Positions 46,350 through 57,226 are shown, counted from the first letter of the stretch. The stretch: 64,000 bases of DNA from an uncultured Planctomycetaceae bacterium (GCA_964548115.1 CAZJPQ010000016.1:4591-68590); one strand, 5' to 3'. The notes: generated from the letters alone by a model not told the origin. A program made the numbers and translations.

Positions 46350-48296
46350 ATGTACGACTTCCTTGATCATATTCATACACCCCAAGACCTTAAAAAGCTT
46401 TCACGGCAGGAACTTCCAAAGTTAGCCGAAGAAATTCGAGCCTATATTCGAGAGTTTACCGGTCATACGGGAGGGCATATTGGTTCTGGTATGGGAGTTG
46501 TCGAGCTGACCATTGCCCTTCATTATCTTTTCGAGTTTGAAAAGAAGGATGCGCTGATTCTTGATGTTGGACATCAGTGTTATCCTCACAAGATTCTTAC
46601 GGGACGTCGTTCTCAAATGTTCACGATTCGTCAGAAAGGTGGGCTTTCCGGTTTTCCTGATCCAAAGGAATCGGCATACGATCGAGTTAAAGTAGGACAC
46701 GGCGGCACAAGCTTGACTACAGCCCTTGGTATGGCTGTTGGGTTTCAAAATGAAGGCTACAATGATAAACGAAAAATCGTTGCTTTAATTGGTGACGGGG
46801 CGCTTCAGGAAGGCGTTGCCCTTGAAGCGTTAAACCACGGTGGTAGTTTTGACAAGTTGCCTCTGCTCATGGTTCTTAACGACAATGAGCACGGTATAGG
46901 TCCTGCTGTTGGGGCTTTATCAAAATATTTTTCAAAAGTAAGGGCTGGTACAATTTATCGTCATGCGCGAGATAATGTGAAACGCTTGCTTGATAGTATG
47001 GAGCGTCAAGTTCCTTCTGTTGGACGTTTGGCAAAAGATGTTGTGAAACACGTCAAAACCAGTATGCATGGGCTTTTACCGGCGGTTCACCCGGGTATTC
47101 TTTTCGAAGAACTTGGGTACTTTTATTATGGTCCTATTGATGGTCATGACCTTCCAACGCTTCTTGAAGCTCTTGAGGATTGTAAACGTCTCGAACAACC
47201 GGTTGTTCTGCATTGTATTACGGAAAAAGGTCGAGGTTATGCACAGGAGGATGATCGCTTAGGCTACCACGCAGGAAAACCATCAAAAAGTATTACGAAC
47301 GGCATTCCAAAAGAGTTCAGTATTCAAGGGGGGCCTGCTTATACTGATGTTTTCCTTGATGAAGCCCTTGAGCTTGCACGAGAAGACAAACGCATTGTCA
47401 CCATTACTGCTGCTATGCTTGAGGGGACAGGCCTGATCAAGTTTTTAAAAGAGTTCCCAGATCGTTGTTATGATGTTGGGATGGCTGAACAGCATGCCGT
47501 TGGTATGGCTCAAGGGTTAGCTTTGAGCGGACAAAAACCCATTTGCGCTGTATACTCAACCTTTATGCAGCGCGCTATTGACCAGCTTTTTCAAGAAATT
47601 GCACTTATTAATACCCCTGTACTCTTCTGTCTTGACCGTGCTGGTCTTGTTGGTCCTGACGGTGCTACTCACAATGGAGTGTTTGATATCGCCTATTGTA
47701 GGATGCTTCCCAATATGGTGGTGATGGCACCTCGTGATGGCGGTGAACTTCGGTCTATGATGCGCCTGGGGCTTGAACACCCAGGCCCCTGTGCCATTCG
47801 TTATCCTCGTACCCAAACGCCATTGAAAGAACATCCGGTAAGGAATTTTAAAATTGGCGAAGCCGAGCTTCTTCAAAATGGTCAAGCTGGTTGTTTATTT
47901 GCTTATGGAGCAATGGTTTACCCAGCACTTGATGCCGCCCAGATAATCTTGAAGCGACATGGTGTTCAGCTGGCAGTTGTTAATGCTCGTTTTGCAAAAC
48001 CTCTTGATCAACGAACTTTGGAACGAGAGTTTTCACGTCAGCCTCGAATTTTCACGTTGGAAGACCATGTTCTTTCTGGTGGTTTTGGTTCTGCAGTATT
48101 GGAATATGCCAACCAATTAGGGCTTGAGAGTACAAAACTTGAGATTATCGCCATTGGTGATCATTTTGTTGATCATAGTCAGCGCAGTGAAGCCCTTGCC
48201 AGTGCGTCACTTGATGTTGAAAGCATCGTCCAAAGAGTAGAAAAAAGTCTTAACCTTCAAGAATCAGAATTAGCTTCAAAGCGTGATATAGAGTGA
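46350..48296 (+). CDS. dxs: 1-deoxy-D-xylulose-5-phosphate synthase (Dxs)
   Basis: GHIGSGMGVVELTIALHY, the TPP-binding motif GDGALQEGVALEALNHGG, and the characteristic length and C-terminal transketolase domain. Confidence 0.92.
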   Translation: MYDFLDHIHTPQDLKKLSRQELPKLAEEIRAYIREFTGHTGGHIGSGMGVVELTIALHYLFEFEKKDALILDVGHQCYPHKILTGRRSQMFTIRQKGGLSGFPDPKESAYDRVKVGHGGTSLTTALGMAVGFQNEGYNDKRKIVALIGDGALQEGVALEALNHGGSFDKLPLLMVLNDNEHGIGPAVGALSKYFSKVRAGTIYRHARDNVKRLLDSMERQVPSVGRLAKDVVKHVKTSMHGLLPAVHPGILFEELGYFYYGPIDGHDLPTLLEALEDCKRLEQPVVLHCITEKGRGYAQEDDRLGYHAGKPSKSITNGIPKEFSIQGGPAYTDVFLDEALELAREDKRIVTITAAMLEGTGLIKFLKEFPDRCYDVGMAEQHAVGMAQGLALSGQKPICAVYSTFMQRAIDQLFQEIALINTPVLFCLDRAGLVGPDGATHNGVFDIAYCRMLPNMVVMAPRDGGELRSMMRLGLEHPGPCAIRYPRTQTPLKEHPVRNFKIGEAELLQNGQAGCLFAYGAMVYPALDAAQIILKRHGVQLAVVNARFAKPLDQRTLEREFSRQPRIFTLEDHVLSGGFGSAVLEYANQLGLESTKLEIIAIGDHFVDHSQRSEALASASLDVESIVQRVEKSLNLQESELASKRDIE

Positions 48297-48380
48297 AAGT
48301 CGTATTCTTAAAACAAACAAAAAAGGTGGCAGGTGGGCTTTTCGTTTTGCAAGCACACCCGTTTTAATAAGGAGAAATCA

Positions 48381-49721
48381 GTGTTTGCCCAGCGACGTGA
48401 ACGTTTTATGCAGGAAATGAAAGAAGGTATTGCTATTATTCCAGCAGCCCAAGAAGCTCAGCGCTCAAACGATACCAATTTCAATTTTTGTCAATCCAAG
48501 AATTTTCGTTACTTAACAAACTTTCCTGAACCTGATGCCTTGGCTCTTTTTATGCCTCAGGCAGACAAAGAGCGTTTTGTGCTTTTTGTACGCCCACAGG
48601 ACAAGTCGCGTGAAGTCTGGGACGGCATCCGCTATGGCGCAGAGGGAGCTCGAGAAGCCTTTGGAGCAGATGCAGCTTATACTTTAGATCAACTCGATGA
48701 AAAGCTTCCTCAATATCTGAGTAATCATGGAAAGCTTTTTTATCATTTTGGCAAAGACCACAGGTTTGATCAACGTCTTTATGGCTGGCTTGCTCAAACA
48801 AAACAGGCAAACTATCGCAAAGGCATCAAGACACCTGAAACATATATAAACCCTGAGCCTATAATCCACGAGCTCAGAGTTATAAAGGATTCTCACGATC
48901 TTACTATGATGCGTAAGGCAGCCCAGCTTTCTGTTGCGGCTCACCGTCATGCTATGAAAGTAACTCAACCGGGCATGAATGAATACCAGATTCAGGCTGA
49001 GCTGGAATTTTATTGTCGCTATCGAGGTGCGCAGTACCAAGCCTATGAAAGTATCGTAGCTAGTGGAAACAATACCACAATCCTTCATTATGTTCAGAAC
49101 AACCAGGAAATGAAGGCTGGCGAGCTGCTTTGTGTTGATTTTGGTTGTGAATATGAAGGTTATGCCAGTGATATTACTCGTACCTGGCCTATTGACGGGC
49201 GTTTTAGTCAGGAGCAACGATTAATCTATGATATTGTGCTTGAGGCTCATCAAGAAGCAATAAAGCTTGCACAAGTGGGTAATGCTTATGAGGAAATGCA
49301 TCAAAAGGCTGTCCGAGTATTAGCTGAAGGTCTGTTTGAACTTAAGATTCTTGAAGGAGATATTGAAAAACATATTAATGTTTGCCTCAATAAAGAATCA
49401 GCAGAACAGTTTTCAGATCAACCAACGCTAAAAGATTTTTATATGCATGGCACAGGGCATTGGATTGGGCTCGATGTTCATGATCCAGGTTTTTACAAGC
49501 AAAATGAAGAGTCTCGAAAACTCGAGGCTGGAATGTGTTTTACGATTGAGCCGGGCCTTTATTTTTCAAAAGATAACGCGAAGTCACCAGAGCGTTTTAA
49601 AGGCATAGGGATCCGCATCGAAGATGACATTCTTGTCACTCCTGACGGAGAAGCAGAAAATTTAACCGCTGGTTTGCCCTTAAGTGCGGATGAGGTTGAA
49701 GCCTGTTGTGCTGAAGGTTAA
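48381..49721 (+). CDS. pepP: Xaa-Pro aminopeptidase (PepP, M24B family)
   Basis: M24 metal ligands: CVDFGCEYEGYASDITRT, HGTGHWIGLDVHD, FTIEPG. N-terminal creatinase-like domain. Start placed at a GTG 5 nt after AAGGAG; the listed ORF starts 48 nt upstream. Confidence 0.82.
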   Translation: MFAQRRERFMQEMKEGIAIIPAAQEAQRSNDTNFNFCQSKNFRYLTNFPEPDALALFMPQADKERFVLFVRPQDKSREVWDGIRYGAEGAREAFGADAAYTLDQLDEKLPQYLSNHGKLFYHFGKDHRFDQRLYGWLAQTKQANYRKGIKTPETYINPEPIIHELRVIKDSHDLTMMRKAAQLSVAAHRHAMKVTQPGMNEYQIQAELEFYCRYRGAQYQAYESIVASGNNTTILHYVQNNQEMKAGELLCVDFGCEYEGYASDITRTWPIDGRFSQEQRLIYDIVLEAHQEAIKLAQVGNAYEEMHQKAVRVLAEGLFELKILEGDIEKHINVCLNKESAEQFSDQPTLKDFYMHGTGHWIGLDVHDPGFYKQNEESRKLEAGMCFTIEPGLYFSKDNAKSPERFKGIGIRIEDDILVTPDGEAENLTAGLPLSADEVEACCAEG

Positions 49722-49773
49722 CTGAAGGACATGAGATAGTATCAGCGTTTTCACAAGAAAGATCTTTAGAGTC

Positions 49774-50934
49774 ATGAATCATTACGAGATCAAGCTTTCA
49801 GCTCCCGATGTTCATGAGAGTGACATCCAGGCTGTAAATGAGGTTTTAAGCTCTGGCTGGTTGAGCTTAGGGCCAAATGTTGAAAAATTTGAAAAGGCTT
49901 TTGCCAGTTATCTAGGGGTTGAGCATGCCGTTGCTTGTAATTCAGGAACATCAGCCCTTCACATGATTATGCGTGCCGCAGGCATTGGCCCAGGAGATGA
50001 GGTGATTACCTCCTGTTTTAGTTTTGTCGCTTCAGCAAACTGTATCGAGATGGTTGGTGCAAAACCTGTTTTTATCGACATTGATCCAATTTCGCTGAAT
50101 ATGGATCCTCGAAAGATTCAAGCGGTTCTCAACGAAAATACGAAAGCTATTTTAGCAGTTCATATTTTTGGACTCTCTGCTCAAAACGCTGATATGTGTT
50201 CAATGCTTGAGGGCCTTGAATTACCTATTTTTGAAGATGCTTGCGAAGCTTTAGGAGCTGAAGCTTATGGACAGCGGGTTGGCAATGGGGACTATGCCCA
50301 AGCTGCTGCCTGGGGTTTTTATCCTAATAAACAGATGACTACTGGCGAAGGAGGCATGGTTACAACCAACGATTCTCAATTTGCTTCCTTATGCCGACAA
50401 ATGCGAAACCAGGGGAGAAGTCTTGATTCACAATGGCTTGAGCATGATATTCTTGGGTATAACTACCGTATGAGCGATATCAATGCGGCTTTGGGCTACA
50501 GTCAAATTCGACGTATTGATGAAATTCTTCATGCTCGAGAGGAAGTAGCTCTTCACTATAATGCTCGTCTACGCCCCCTCAAAGATTTTCTCATACTGCC
50601 CATGGAACTTGCAGGTTTTAAACGAAGCTGGTTTGTTTATCCTTTAGTTGTTCGTAAAGGTTGGGATCGTGATAAGCTTTGTGATCAACTTGCCGAACGA
50701 GGCATTCAAACAGGAAAATATTTTTGCCCTCCGATTCATCTGCAAAAGTACTATCGTGATAAGTATGGTTACAAACCTGGAGATTTTCCTCTTGCGGAAG
50801 GAATTGGAAACCAAATTATTACTCTGCCTTTCCATACTCGTCTTGAAGCAGAGTCTGTGGAAAAAGTGTGTGATAGCATTGAAGAGCTCTTCCGGAAGAA
50901 ACCTGACCTGATCCGCTCTGACGAAAAAGAATAA
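49774..50934 (+). CDS. DegT/DnrJ/EryC1/StrS-family PLP-dependent sugar aminotransferase
   Basis: N-terminal HESDIQAVNEVLSSGWLSLGPNVEKFEKAFASYLGVEHAVACNSGTSALH. Conserved Lys in FYPNKQMTTGEGG. Confidence 0.82.
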   Translation: MNHYEIKLSAPDVHESDIQAVNEVLSSGWLSLGPNVEKFEKAFASYLGVEHAVACNSGTSALHMIMRAAGIGPGDEVITSCFSFVASANCIEMVGAKPVFIDIDPISLNMDPRKIQAVLNENTKAILAVHIFGLSAQNADMCSMLEGLELPIFEDACEALGAEAYGQRVGNGDYAQAAAWGFYPNKQMTTGEGGMVTTNDSQFASLCRQMRNQGRSLDSQWLEHDILGYNYRMSDINAALGYSQIRRIDEILHAREEVALHYNARLRPLKDFLILPMELAGFKRSWFVYPLVVRKGWDRDKLCDQLAERGIQTGKYFCPPIHLQKYYRDKYGYKPGDFPLAEGIGNQIITLPFHTRLEAESVEKVCDSIEELFRKKPDLIRSDEKE

Positions 50935-51231
50935 TATCTTGCTTTCTAAAGGGCCCTTAGAGCTTTACTTGTAAAGCTTCCTATTCCCTTTGCTTTTGGG
51001 TTTATAAAAGCTCTGGTGTATATGTTCTATTTGTGTTTTGAATCTCAGACATTTAAAAATCAAAATAGAGCGCTTCTTTCTCTTCAGTTCTTTTGTCTTG
51101 ATTGTCGATCAGGCAGGATGGTAGAAATTTTCTACTTGGTGTACCTAAAGTCATAACACAGTCTTGTTGTACTGAATACATTTCATCTCTTTCATTCGAA
51201 TGAGTCTTAGAACTTCAAAGCGAGGAAAACG

Positions 51232-52278
51232 ATGTTTCAAGCCATGCCAATAAAAACCTTAAGTCTGCTTTCAACTCTTGTTTTTTTCTTTCTCGGTTGT
51301 ATGGAGCCAATAAACTTCACGCCAAATACCGGTGAACCGGAATTGCTTTCCCTTGAAGAAGTTTCAAAAAAACTTGATCTCCGTATTGAAGAAGCTGCAT
51401 TTTGGGGGGACCGTAAGCTTATTGGCAAAGACGGCGAGCGTTTCTTCATTCAAAAAGATAACGATGTCTACTGGTATAAGGGCATGGGACGGCAGGTTGA
51501 ATATCCTGGTGTTGTATACCGTAATGGCGAGCTTTTTATTCCTCTTGGAATGTACAACAGTATGTGTCTTGATCTTGGTCAGGTTGAGCTGATGAAGAAT
51601 TACCAACCTTCTGTTGCTGCTCAGGATGATTTTAAAATAAAAAGAGCTGGTGATATTTTGCGACATAAAAAACAGCCCTTAAAGCCCCAGGTGAAAACAA
51701 CCCTCAAAGGTGTTGCTTTAGTGATTGATGCTGGGCATGGCGGTAAAGATCCAGGCGCAGTTGTTCCTCAAACTTACGAAAAAGATGTGGCTCTTAAAGT
51801 TGCCCTTAAAGTTGAAAAACTTCTTCGTGCTCAAGGAGCGGAAGTTTATATGACTCGCAGTGACGATAGTTATCCAACTCTTGCCGAACGAGCTGGCCTT
51901 GCCAATACCTATAAGGTTGACCTTTTTATATCTATCCACGCTAATGCAGCAGAAAACAAGAGCGCGCAAGGAATTGAAACTCTTTATAGCGACCAGGGGC
52001 AACGAGGAAATCTGAGTAAAGCTTTTGCTCAAAGTCTGAATCAAAGCATGGTTCAAGCAGTCGGCGCGGTTGATCGAAAAGCAAAAGCCGACGTACGAGG
52101 TTTACACGTTCTTAAGCACACGACCATGCCTGCAGCTTTAGTTGAACTTGGATTCTTAACCAATCAGGAAGAAGTTTCGAAACTTACTCAAAACTCCTAC
52201 CAGGATCTTCTTGCTGAAGCGATTGTTCAGGGGGTCATTCAATATCAGTCAACGCAAAAGATCAGTATCTCGCGCTGA
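51232..52278 (+). CDS. N-acetylmuramoyl-L-alanine amidase (Amidase_3, AmiC-like) lipoprotein
   Basis: Lipobox FLGC. The N-terminal roughly 150 aa may form an AMIN-like targeting domain. The catalytic domain carries VIDAGHGGKDPGAV...DLFISIHANA...GIETLY. Confidence 0.8.
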   Translation: MFQAMPIKTLSLLSTLVFFFLGCMEPINFTPNTGEPELLSLEEVSKKLDLRIEEAAFWGDRKLIGKDGERFFIQKDNDVYWYKGMGRQVEYPGVVYRNGELFIPLGMYNSMCLDLGQVELMKNYQPSVAAQDDFKIKRAGDILRHKKQPLKPQVKTTLKGVALVIDAGHGGKDPGAVVPQTYEKDVALKVALKVEKLLRAQGAEVYMTRSDDSYPTLAERAGLANTYKVDLFISIHANAAENKSAQGIETLYSDQGQRGNLSKAFAQSLNQSMVQAVGAVDRKAKADVRGLHVLKHTTMPAALVELGFLTNQEEVSKLTQNSYQDLLAEAIVQGVIQYQSTQKISISR

Positions 52279-52417
52279 AAGCCATGGATTCTTGCTTCAG
52301 TGGTTTCTTTGGCATTCCTGATTTTTATGGCATATCTCTACCGTCGTGCTCGGTCTGAGGCTCTTCAAACCCAAACCAGGCTGAAAAAACATAAAAAATA
52401 GTTGTTTGAACATTCGA

Positions 52418-52455
52418 AGCAGATCGCCTTGCAATAAAAAGGTGATCTGCTTTTT
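52418..52455. terminator. Hairpin with a T-run between the convergent amidase and asparaginase II-like genes
   Basis: AGCAGATCGCC-TTGCAATAAAAA-GGTGATCTGCT stem (one G-T mismatch) followed by TTTTT. Confidence 0.5.
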
Positions 52456-52476
52456 AAGCATGTGAAAAGTTATAGG

Positions 52477-53574
52477 CTAGCGAGCATCATGAAACCCAAA
52501 AGCATTTGTGCCATCATGGGGTGATGGCGCATCAAAATGAGGCCCACAGTAGCGAAGGTGTCCTACTCTTTGATCATTCTCATTGGCACTTGATGCTCGT
52601 AATGTTTGAAGGGCGGGTGTTAAATTCTCTTCCTGAAGCATGCCAAGCATCAGCAGCCACTTCAAAGTGGCAAACCCAAGTCCGCGCTTTGAGCCACTCT
52701 CCATCTTAATCCCAAGTGCAAGGCCATCACTTCTGCGGGCAACAACGAAAAGTCCTTCTGCTCCACTTTTTGCAATTAATGAGCCTTGTGAAGCTCGCAT
52801 GATTTCTGAATCAAGTCGTTTTTCGTTTCCACCTACCAGTTCAGGAAAAGTGGCCATTGCTTGAGCAGTTCTTTCCAATAAAGCAGCCAGGTGAGGTGAG
52901 AGTCGGTCGTCAGTAAAAGCCAGACGAGCAAAGCTTGCAACTATTTGCTGAAGGTTTGCAGCCAGCACGGGAGTCCCACAACCATCATAACCAAGGGCGT
53001 GTTCTGTTGGTTTAAGGCCGCCTGGACCATGTGGAGCTTCAAGTATCATGTGCATAAAGCGTGAAATTGTTTTTTGGACGCGTGAAGTTTCAAGCAGATA
53101 TGATTCTGAGCTTTCTCCATAAGCAAGGCTTGCCAGTATCATTGCTGCATGTTTTCCTGCACACATATGAAAGTATGACATCGGTTGCTGGTTCAGGGCA
53201 CTTTGTCGTTCTCGCTCTTGGGTATGGAAAGGTAAGCTCGCTGGACATGCGAGTGCTTGGGGGGCAAGACCTGCTTTTTCAAGCATTTCGAGGACAAGCT
53301 TAACCTGTTCAGGAGTGCCATCAAGTGAGCCCGTTGCCAGTGCAAGATGCCGCTGGTCAAGGTTGAATTCTTCAAAAGCTCCTGAGTCAAGAAGAACTAA
53401 GGCTTGAAAAGGCTTTTGAACGCTTCGAAAGAAAAATGGTTCTTGGATTGGACCGTATTGATTATAAATACGGGCATCCTTCAAGGCGATCATAGATCCC
53501 CGCAAGCGAGCCTCAACGATTCCAGAACGAACGATTTCAACGAGTATAGGTGTGGTTGTTTCACGTTTTGGCAT
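52477..53574 (-). CDS. Asparaginase II-family protein (PF06089-like)
   Basis: HMCAGKHAAMILASL resembles the conserved CSGKHAGML segment of the L-asparaginase II family. Size about 360 aa fits. Confidence 0.5.
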   Translation of the reverse strand: MPKRETTTPILVEIVRSGIVEARLRGSMIALKDARIYNQYGPIQEPFFFRSVQKPFQALVLLDSGAFEEFNLDQRHLALATGSLDGTPEQVKLVLEMLEKAGLAPQALACPASLPFHTQERERQSALNQQPMSYFHMCAGKHAAMILASLAYGESSESYLLETSRVQKTISRFMHMILEAPHGPGGLKPTEHALGYDGCGTPVLAANLQQIVASFARLAFTDDRLSPHLAALLERTAQAMATFPELVGGNEKRLDSEIMRASQGSLIAKSGAEGLFVVARRSDGLALGIKMESGSKRGLGFATLKWLLMLGMLQEENLTPALQTLRASSANENDQRVGHLRYCGPHFDAPSPHDGTNAFGFHDAR

Positions 53575-53577
53575 GAT

Positions 53578-54747
53578 TTAAGCTTGCTCAAGCCAGTGGG
53601 AAAAATCTTCTTTAAGTTTGGCTATTCTTTCGGCTCCTCGCTCGAGTTTATCATAAGCCCGTAGGAGATCAGTAAGCTCATACTCTTCAATCAGCTCATC
53701 GACTTTAGCTCCTAAATCTCGAAAATCCTCTTCAAGTTTAAGATCAGCCTTGCCAAGATATTTTTCAATACTTTTGCGTTCTTTTGCTTCTCGGTCAGAA
53801 ATCAGAGCAAAATTATTCTCTATACGATGAGCTAAGGCATCAATAATTTGGAGAAGCATGGCAGGTTGAACCATGGCGAGTTTTTCAAATTGATCACCAG
53901 GAATGATCGCAACGCTTGAATTGACTTCTGCAATTAAGTCAGCAGTTCTTGCCTGATTCGTTGCCCCTAGCAAAACGGCAATTTCACCGACTGTTTCGCC
54001 CTGATTAATTTCCCCAACTTTATCTCCATCGATCACAACTCCAAGCTTCCCCTTTGTTACAATAAACATGGAGTTTCCAGGATCTCCCTTACGACAAAGA
54101 GCCTCGCCTTTCTTAAGTTTATGCTGCTTGCCAGTCATTTCATAAGCTTCAACAACTCGTGTCATGACAAGGGCGTTTTCTTCTCCTGAATCCCGAAGAC
54201 GCTGGCCTGTTGTGTATGTCTTTGAGCGCTTGGCATCTTTAATCGCGTCTAAGACGAGTTCATCGCCTTCGCCATCATCTTCAATCTGTTTTACAATGTC
54301 TGCAAAAGTCAGATAAAAGCCTTCTAGTTCTTGCTCAAGCTTTGTAACAGCCCGTTGTGCGCCCGAAAGACTGGTGTTTGCCTCCATAACACGGCGCGCA
54401 AGTGAACGGCCGAAACTTAAAGCACTTTTCGGAGAAGCTTGGAACTGCTGGAGAAGTTCGGCCTTGGTGAGAGGCATGACTAAAACATCAGATGCTTCAA
54501 GGGCAACTAAAGATTCAAGGTAACGACCCATGAGAAGGGAATCCCCTGCAAGGATGACTCCTGTATCATTCCAATTATAGAGTGGGTCTGTTGCAAGAAT
54601 GGCTTCTTGATCACGACGGGTTGCTTCGGGTAAAAGCTTGCTCCCAAGCTTGCCTTTTTCGAGGACAAAGATTTTCTCTGCTTCGTCATCCTGATAGGCT
54701 AAAACTTCGCCAGCCTGTAGTGAAATCATTTCAAGCGTCTTGACCAT
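53578..54747 (-). CDS. Tandem cyclic-nucleotide-binding (CAP/CRP-type) domain protein with a C-terminal coiled coil
   Basis: Two cNMP-binding cores: GEVLAYQDDEAEKIFVLEKGKLG and GEALCRKGDPGNSMFIVTKGKLGV...GETVGEIAVLLGATNQARTADLIA. No DNA-binding HTH is evident. Confidence 0.65.
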   Translation of the reverse strand: MVKTLEMISLQAGEVLAYQDDEAEKIFVLEKGKLGSKLLPEATRRDQEAILATDPLYNWNDTGVILAGDSLLMGRYLESLVALEASDVLVMPLTKAELLQQFQASPKSALSFGRSLARRVMEANTSLSGAQRAVTKLEQELEGFYLTFADIVKQIEDDGEGDELVLDAIKDAKRSKTYTTGQRLRDSGEENALVMTRVVEAYEMTGKQHKLKKGEALCRKGDPGNSMFIVTKGKLGVVIDGDKVGEINQGETVGEIAVLLGATNQARTADLIAEVNSSVAIIPGDQFEKLAMVQPAMLLQIIDALAHRIENNFALISDREAKERKSIEKYLGKADLKLEEDFRDLGAKVDELIEEYELTDLLRAYDKLERGAERIAKLKEDFSHWLEQA

Positions 54748-55211
54748 ATCAATTATCCCTTGAGCCTGAGCATAAACCTTCGGTTTTGTTCCTGAGCGCT
54801 TTATACAAAAAGAGCAGGTTTCTTATACCATACTCTATGTACAGATAAAAGGATCTGATGAGATCTCTTGATGTTTCAAAGTCGTGGGGAGAAAAGTGCT
54901 TTAAAATAGATTATGGGATAATCACTGGCTGAAGGGGAGAGAAGTTCAGCTGGCAATACAACAACACGTAAAAAATGGTGTTGTTGCTTTTATCATTGTT
55001 AAAAACATCATTTCATCTTGATCAATCTTTATCAAAGGCAAAGCAAACGCTGGAAAAAGCAAAACTTTTTAGATAGACTTAAGGGGTATCTCAGGAAAGC
55101 ATGTTTTAAGATAGAACGATTTTTCTTTCATCGATGTCTCCGTACATTTCCTGAAAATATTAAGAAAAACGAAAGGCAAGACACTTCTTTTTGAAGTTCT
55201 GGGAGTAGGTT

Positions 55212-57188
55212 ATGGGTTTACCAAAAACCATTAAGCTTGATCCGAATAAGAGGATTCTTTTTCTTACAAAAGATCTTGAGTTGGTTCAAAAGCAACTTTA
55301 TGAGGGGCTTGATCTTCGTATGGAAGATCTCAGAGTCGAAGATCTGCTTGATGATATTAATACAGATACCATGACTCCTGCTTGGGTTTGTTTTAATCAT
55401 CGCCCAGAAGATATTGCCCAAAATGCTTATGCTGGACTCTTTGATGATAAAGGGGAAAGAGTTGTTCGTGAGGGGGCTCTTGCCGCTGGCAATTTTGAAG
55501 TCATTGTTTCCGGCTACCGCAAAGGGACAGGCAGTTCTCGAGAAACTGCTGCTCAGTGTGAGAAGTGGGCTGGCATCCGGCTGGTGATTGCGGCTTCTTT
55601 TGCGCCTATCCATGAACGTAATAACCTTAACCTTGGTCAGCTGATGGGGAACCATGAACAGCTCAAGCGTCTCCAAAGTGGAGAAGAATTGCAGCTTGAA
55701 GAATTCACCAAAGGCTATGATCCAGTCAGTCGCATGATTGTAGAGTCAGGTGGCCTTTTTAACTTTGCTCGTGAGTTCAAAGCTGGCACCATCAAGCTTC
55801 CTGATAATACAACCCAGACTCGTCCCATGACTATGGCAGAAAAACTACTTGCGACACACTTAGTTGAAGGGCAAGGTTCTGATTATGTTAAGCCTGGTGA
55901 TCCTGTTTTAGTTCACGTGGATAGTGGCTACAGCCATGAATTTACAACAGCTCAGGTCCATCACTTTCTTCAAGAGGAGTATGGACAAGACTATAGCATT
56001 CAAAACCCTGATAAGTTCGCTGTTTTTGAAGATCATTTACTCTACGCCCAAGGGGTAAAGCGCTTCGAGCCTTTTGCGAAAAAGATTCAAACCATGGTGC
56101 AGCTTCAAAAAGATTTTCAGCACCACACGCAGGTACGTGATTATCAAGCTCAGGATGGCATTTCTCCTGGCATCTGCCATCAGGTCGCCCGTGAAAAATT
56201 TATTGACCCTGGTGATTTTGTACAGGCAACTGATAGTCATACATGTATGGGAGGGGCTAGTGGAGCCCTTGCTTATGGGGTTGGTGCAACGGAGTATGCA
56301 GGGCTCATTCATGCCGGTTTTACACTTGTTCAAGTCCCTGAGTCCGTACGCTTTGAGCTTCATGGGGCAATGCCTGCAGGAGTTACGGCAAAAGACGTGA
56401 TCCTTTTTATCCTGAAGGAATACGCAACGAAAGAGGTTACGCTTAATCGCATTATGGAATTTGGGGGTCCTGGACTCAAAACGCTTTCCATGGATGAGCG
56501 AGCGACCTTGACGAATATGGCGACAGAATGCTCTGCAAAAAGTGGAATCTGTGAGAGTGACGAAGTGCTCTGGCAATGGCTGAAGGAAGAGCGTAACTAC
56601 AGCGAAGAAGAAGTGAACTCCCTTAAGAAACGGGCAGTTTCTCCGGATCAGGGAGCTGTTTATGACGGTGGCTCTTTTCAGATTGATCTTTCCGCAATTC
56701 AACCCATGGTCGCTTTGCCAGGCGATCCAACCTACGGCAAAGTTATTGAAGAAATCCAGGATGTTCGTATAGATATTGCTTATGGAGGATCATGTACAGC
56801 AGGAAAGCCTCAAGACATTGATTATTATGCTTTGGTGCTTCAGGAAGCATTAAGTCATGGACAAGGGATTGCTCCTGGGGTTACGATGTATATTCAATAT
56901 GGCAGCGTTGCTGTTAAGGAATACGCCCTTTCTCAAGGGTACCACAAACTTTTTGAAGATGCTGGAGTTGAGGTTATTAACCCGGGCTGTGGTGCTTGTA
57001 TTGGTTGTGGCCCCGGGGTGAGCGAAAACACGAGCCAAGTTACAGTCTCTGCTATTAATCGTAATTTCCCTGGGCGATCAGGACCTGGCAAGCTTTATCT
57101 GGCAAGTCCTCTTACGGTTGCTGCCAGCGCCATTACGGGCAAGATTTCTGCTTATGAGCAAGGCATGTTTGCAAAAGCACCTTGCTAA
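55212..57188 (+). CDS. Aconitase-family [4Fe-4S] hydro-lyase with fused N-terminal LeuD-like swivel domain and C-terminal LeuC-like catalytic domain
   Basis: Swivel domain: DDINTDTMTPA...GTGSSRETAAQCEKWAGIRLVIAASFAPIHERNNLNLGQL. Catalytic domain: MTMAEKLLATH...VHVDSGYSHEFT...DSHTCMGGASGALAYGVGATE...GGSCTAGKPQD...NPGCGACIGCG, with three Cys ligands. Confidence 0.7.
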   Translation: MGLPKTIKLDPNKRILFLTKDLELVQKQLYEGLDLRMEDLRVEDLLDDINTDTMTPAWVCFNHRPEDIAQNAYAGLFDDKGERVVREGALAAGNFEVIVSGYRKGTGSSRETAAQCEKWAGIRLVIAASFAPIHERNNLNLGQLMGNHEQLKRLQSGEELQLEEFTKGYDPVSRMIVESGGLFNFAREFKAGTIKLPDNTTQTRPMTMAEKLLATHLVEGQGSDYVKPGDPVLVHVDSGYSHEFTTAQVHHFLQEEYGQDYSIQNPDKFAVFEDHLLYAQGVKRFEPFAKKIQTMVQLQKDFQHHTQVRDYQAQDGISPGICHQVAREKFIDPGDFVQATDSHTCMGGASGALAYGVGATEYAGLIHAGFTLVQVPESVRFELHGAMPAGVTAKDVILFILKEYATKEVTLNRIMEFGGPGLKTLSMDERATLTNMATECSAKSGICESDEVLWQWLKEERNYSEEEVNSLKKRAVSPDQGAVYDGGSFQIDLSAIQPMVALPGDPTYGKVIEEIQDVRIDIAYGGSCTAGKPQDIDYYALVLQEALSHGQGIAPGVTMYIQYGSVAVKEYALSQGYHKLFEDAGVEVINPGCGACIGCGPGVSENTSQVTVSAINRNFPGRSGPGKLYLASPLTVAASAITGKISAYEQGMFAKAPC

Positions 57189-57226
57189 AGTTGCTATTAT
57201 GTATTTATCAATCTTTTTGTAGTAAT

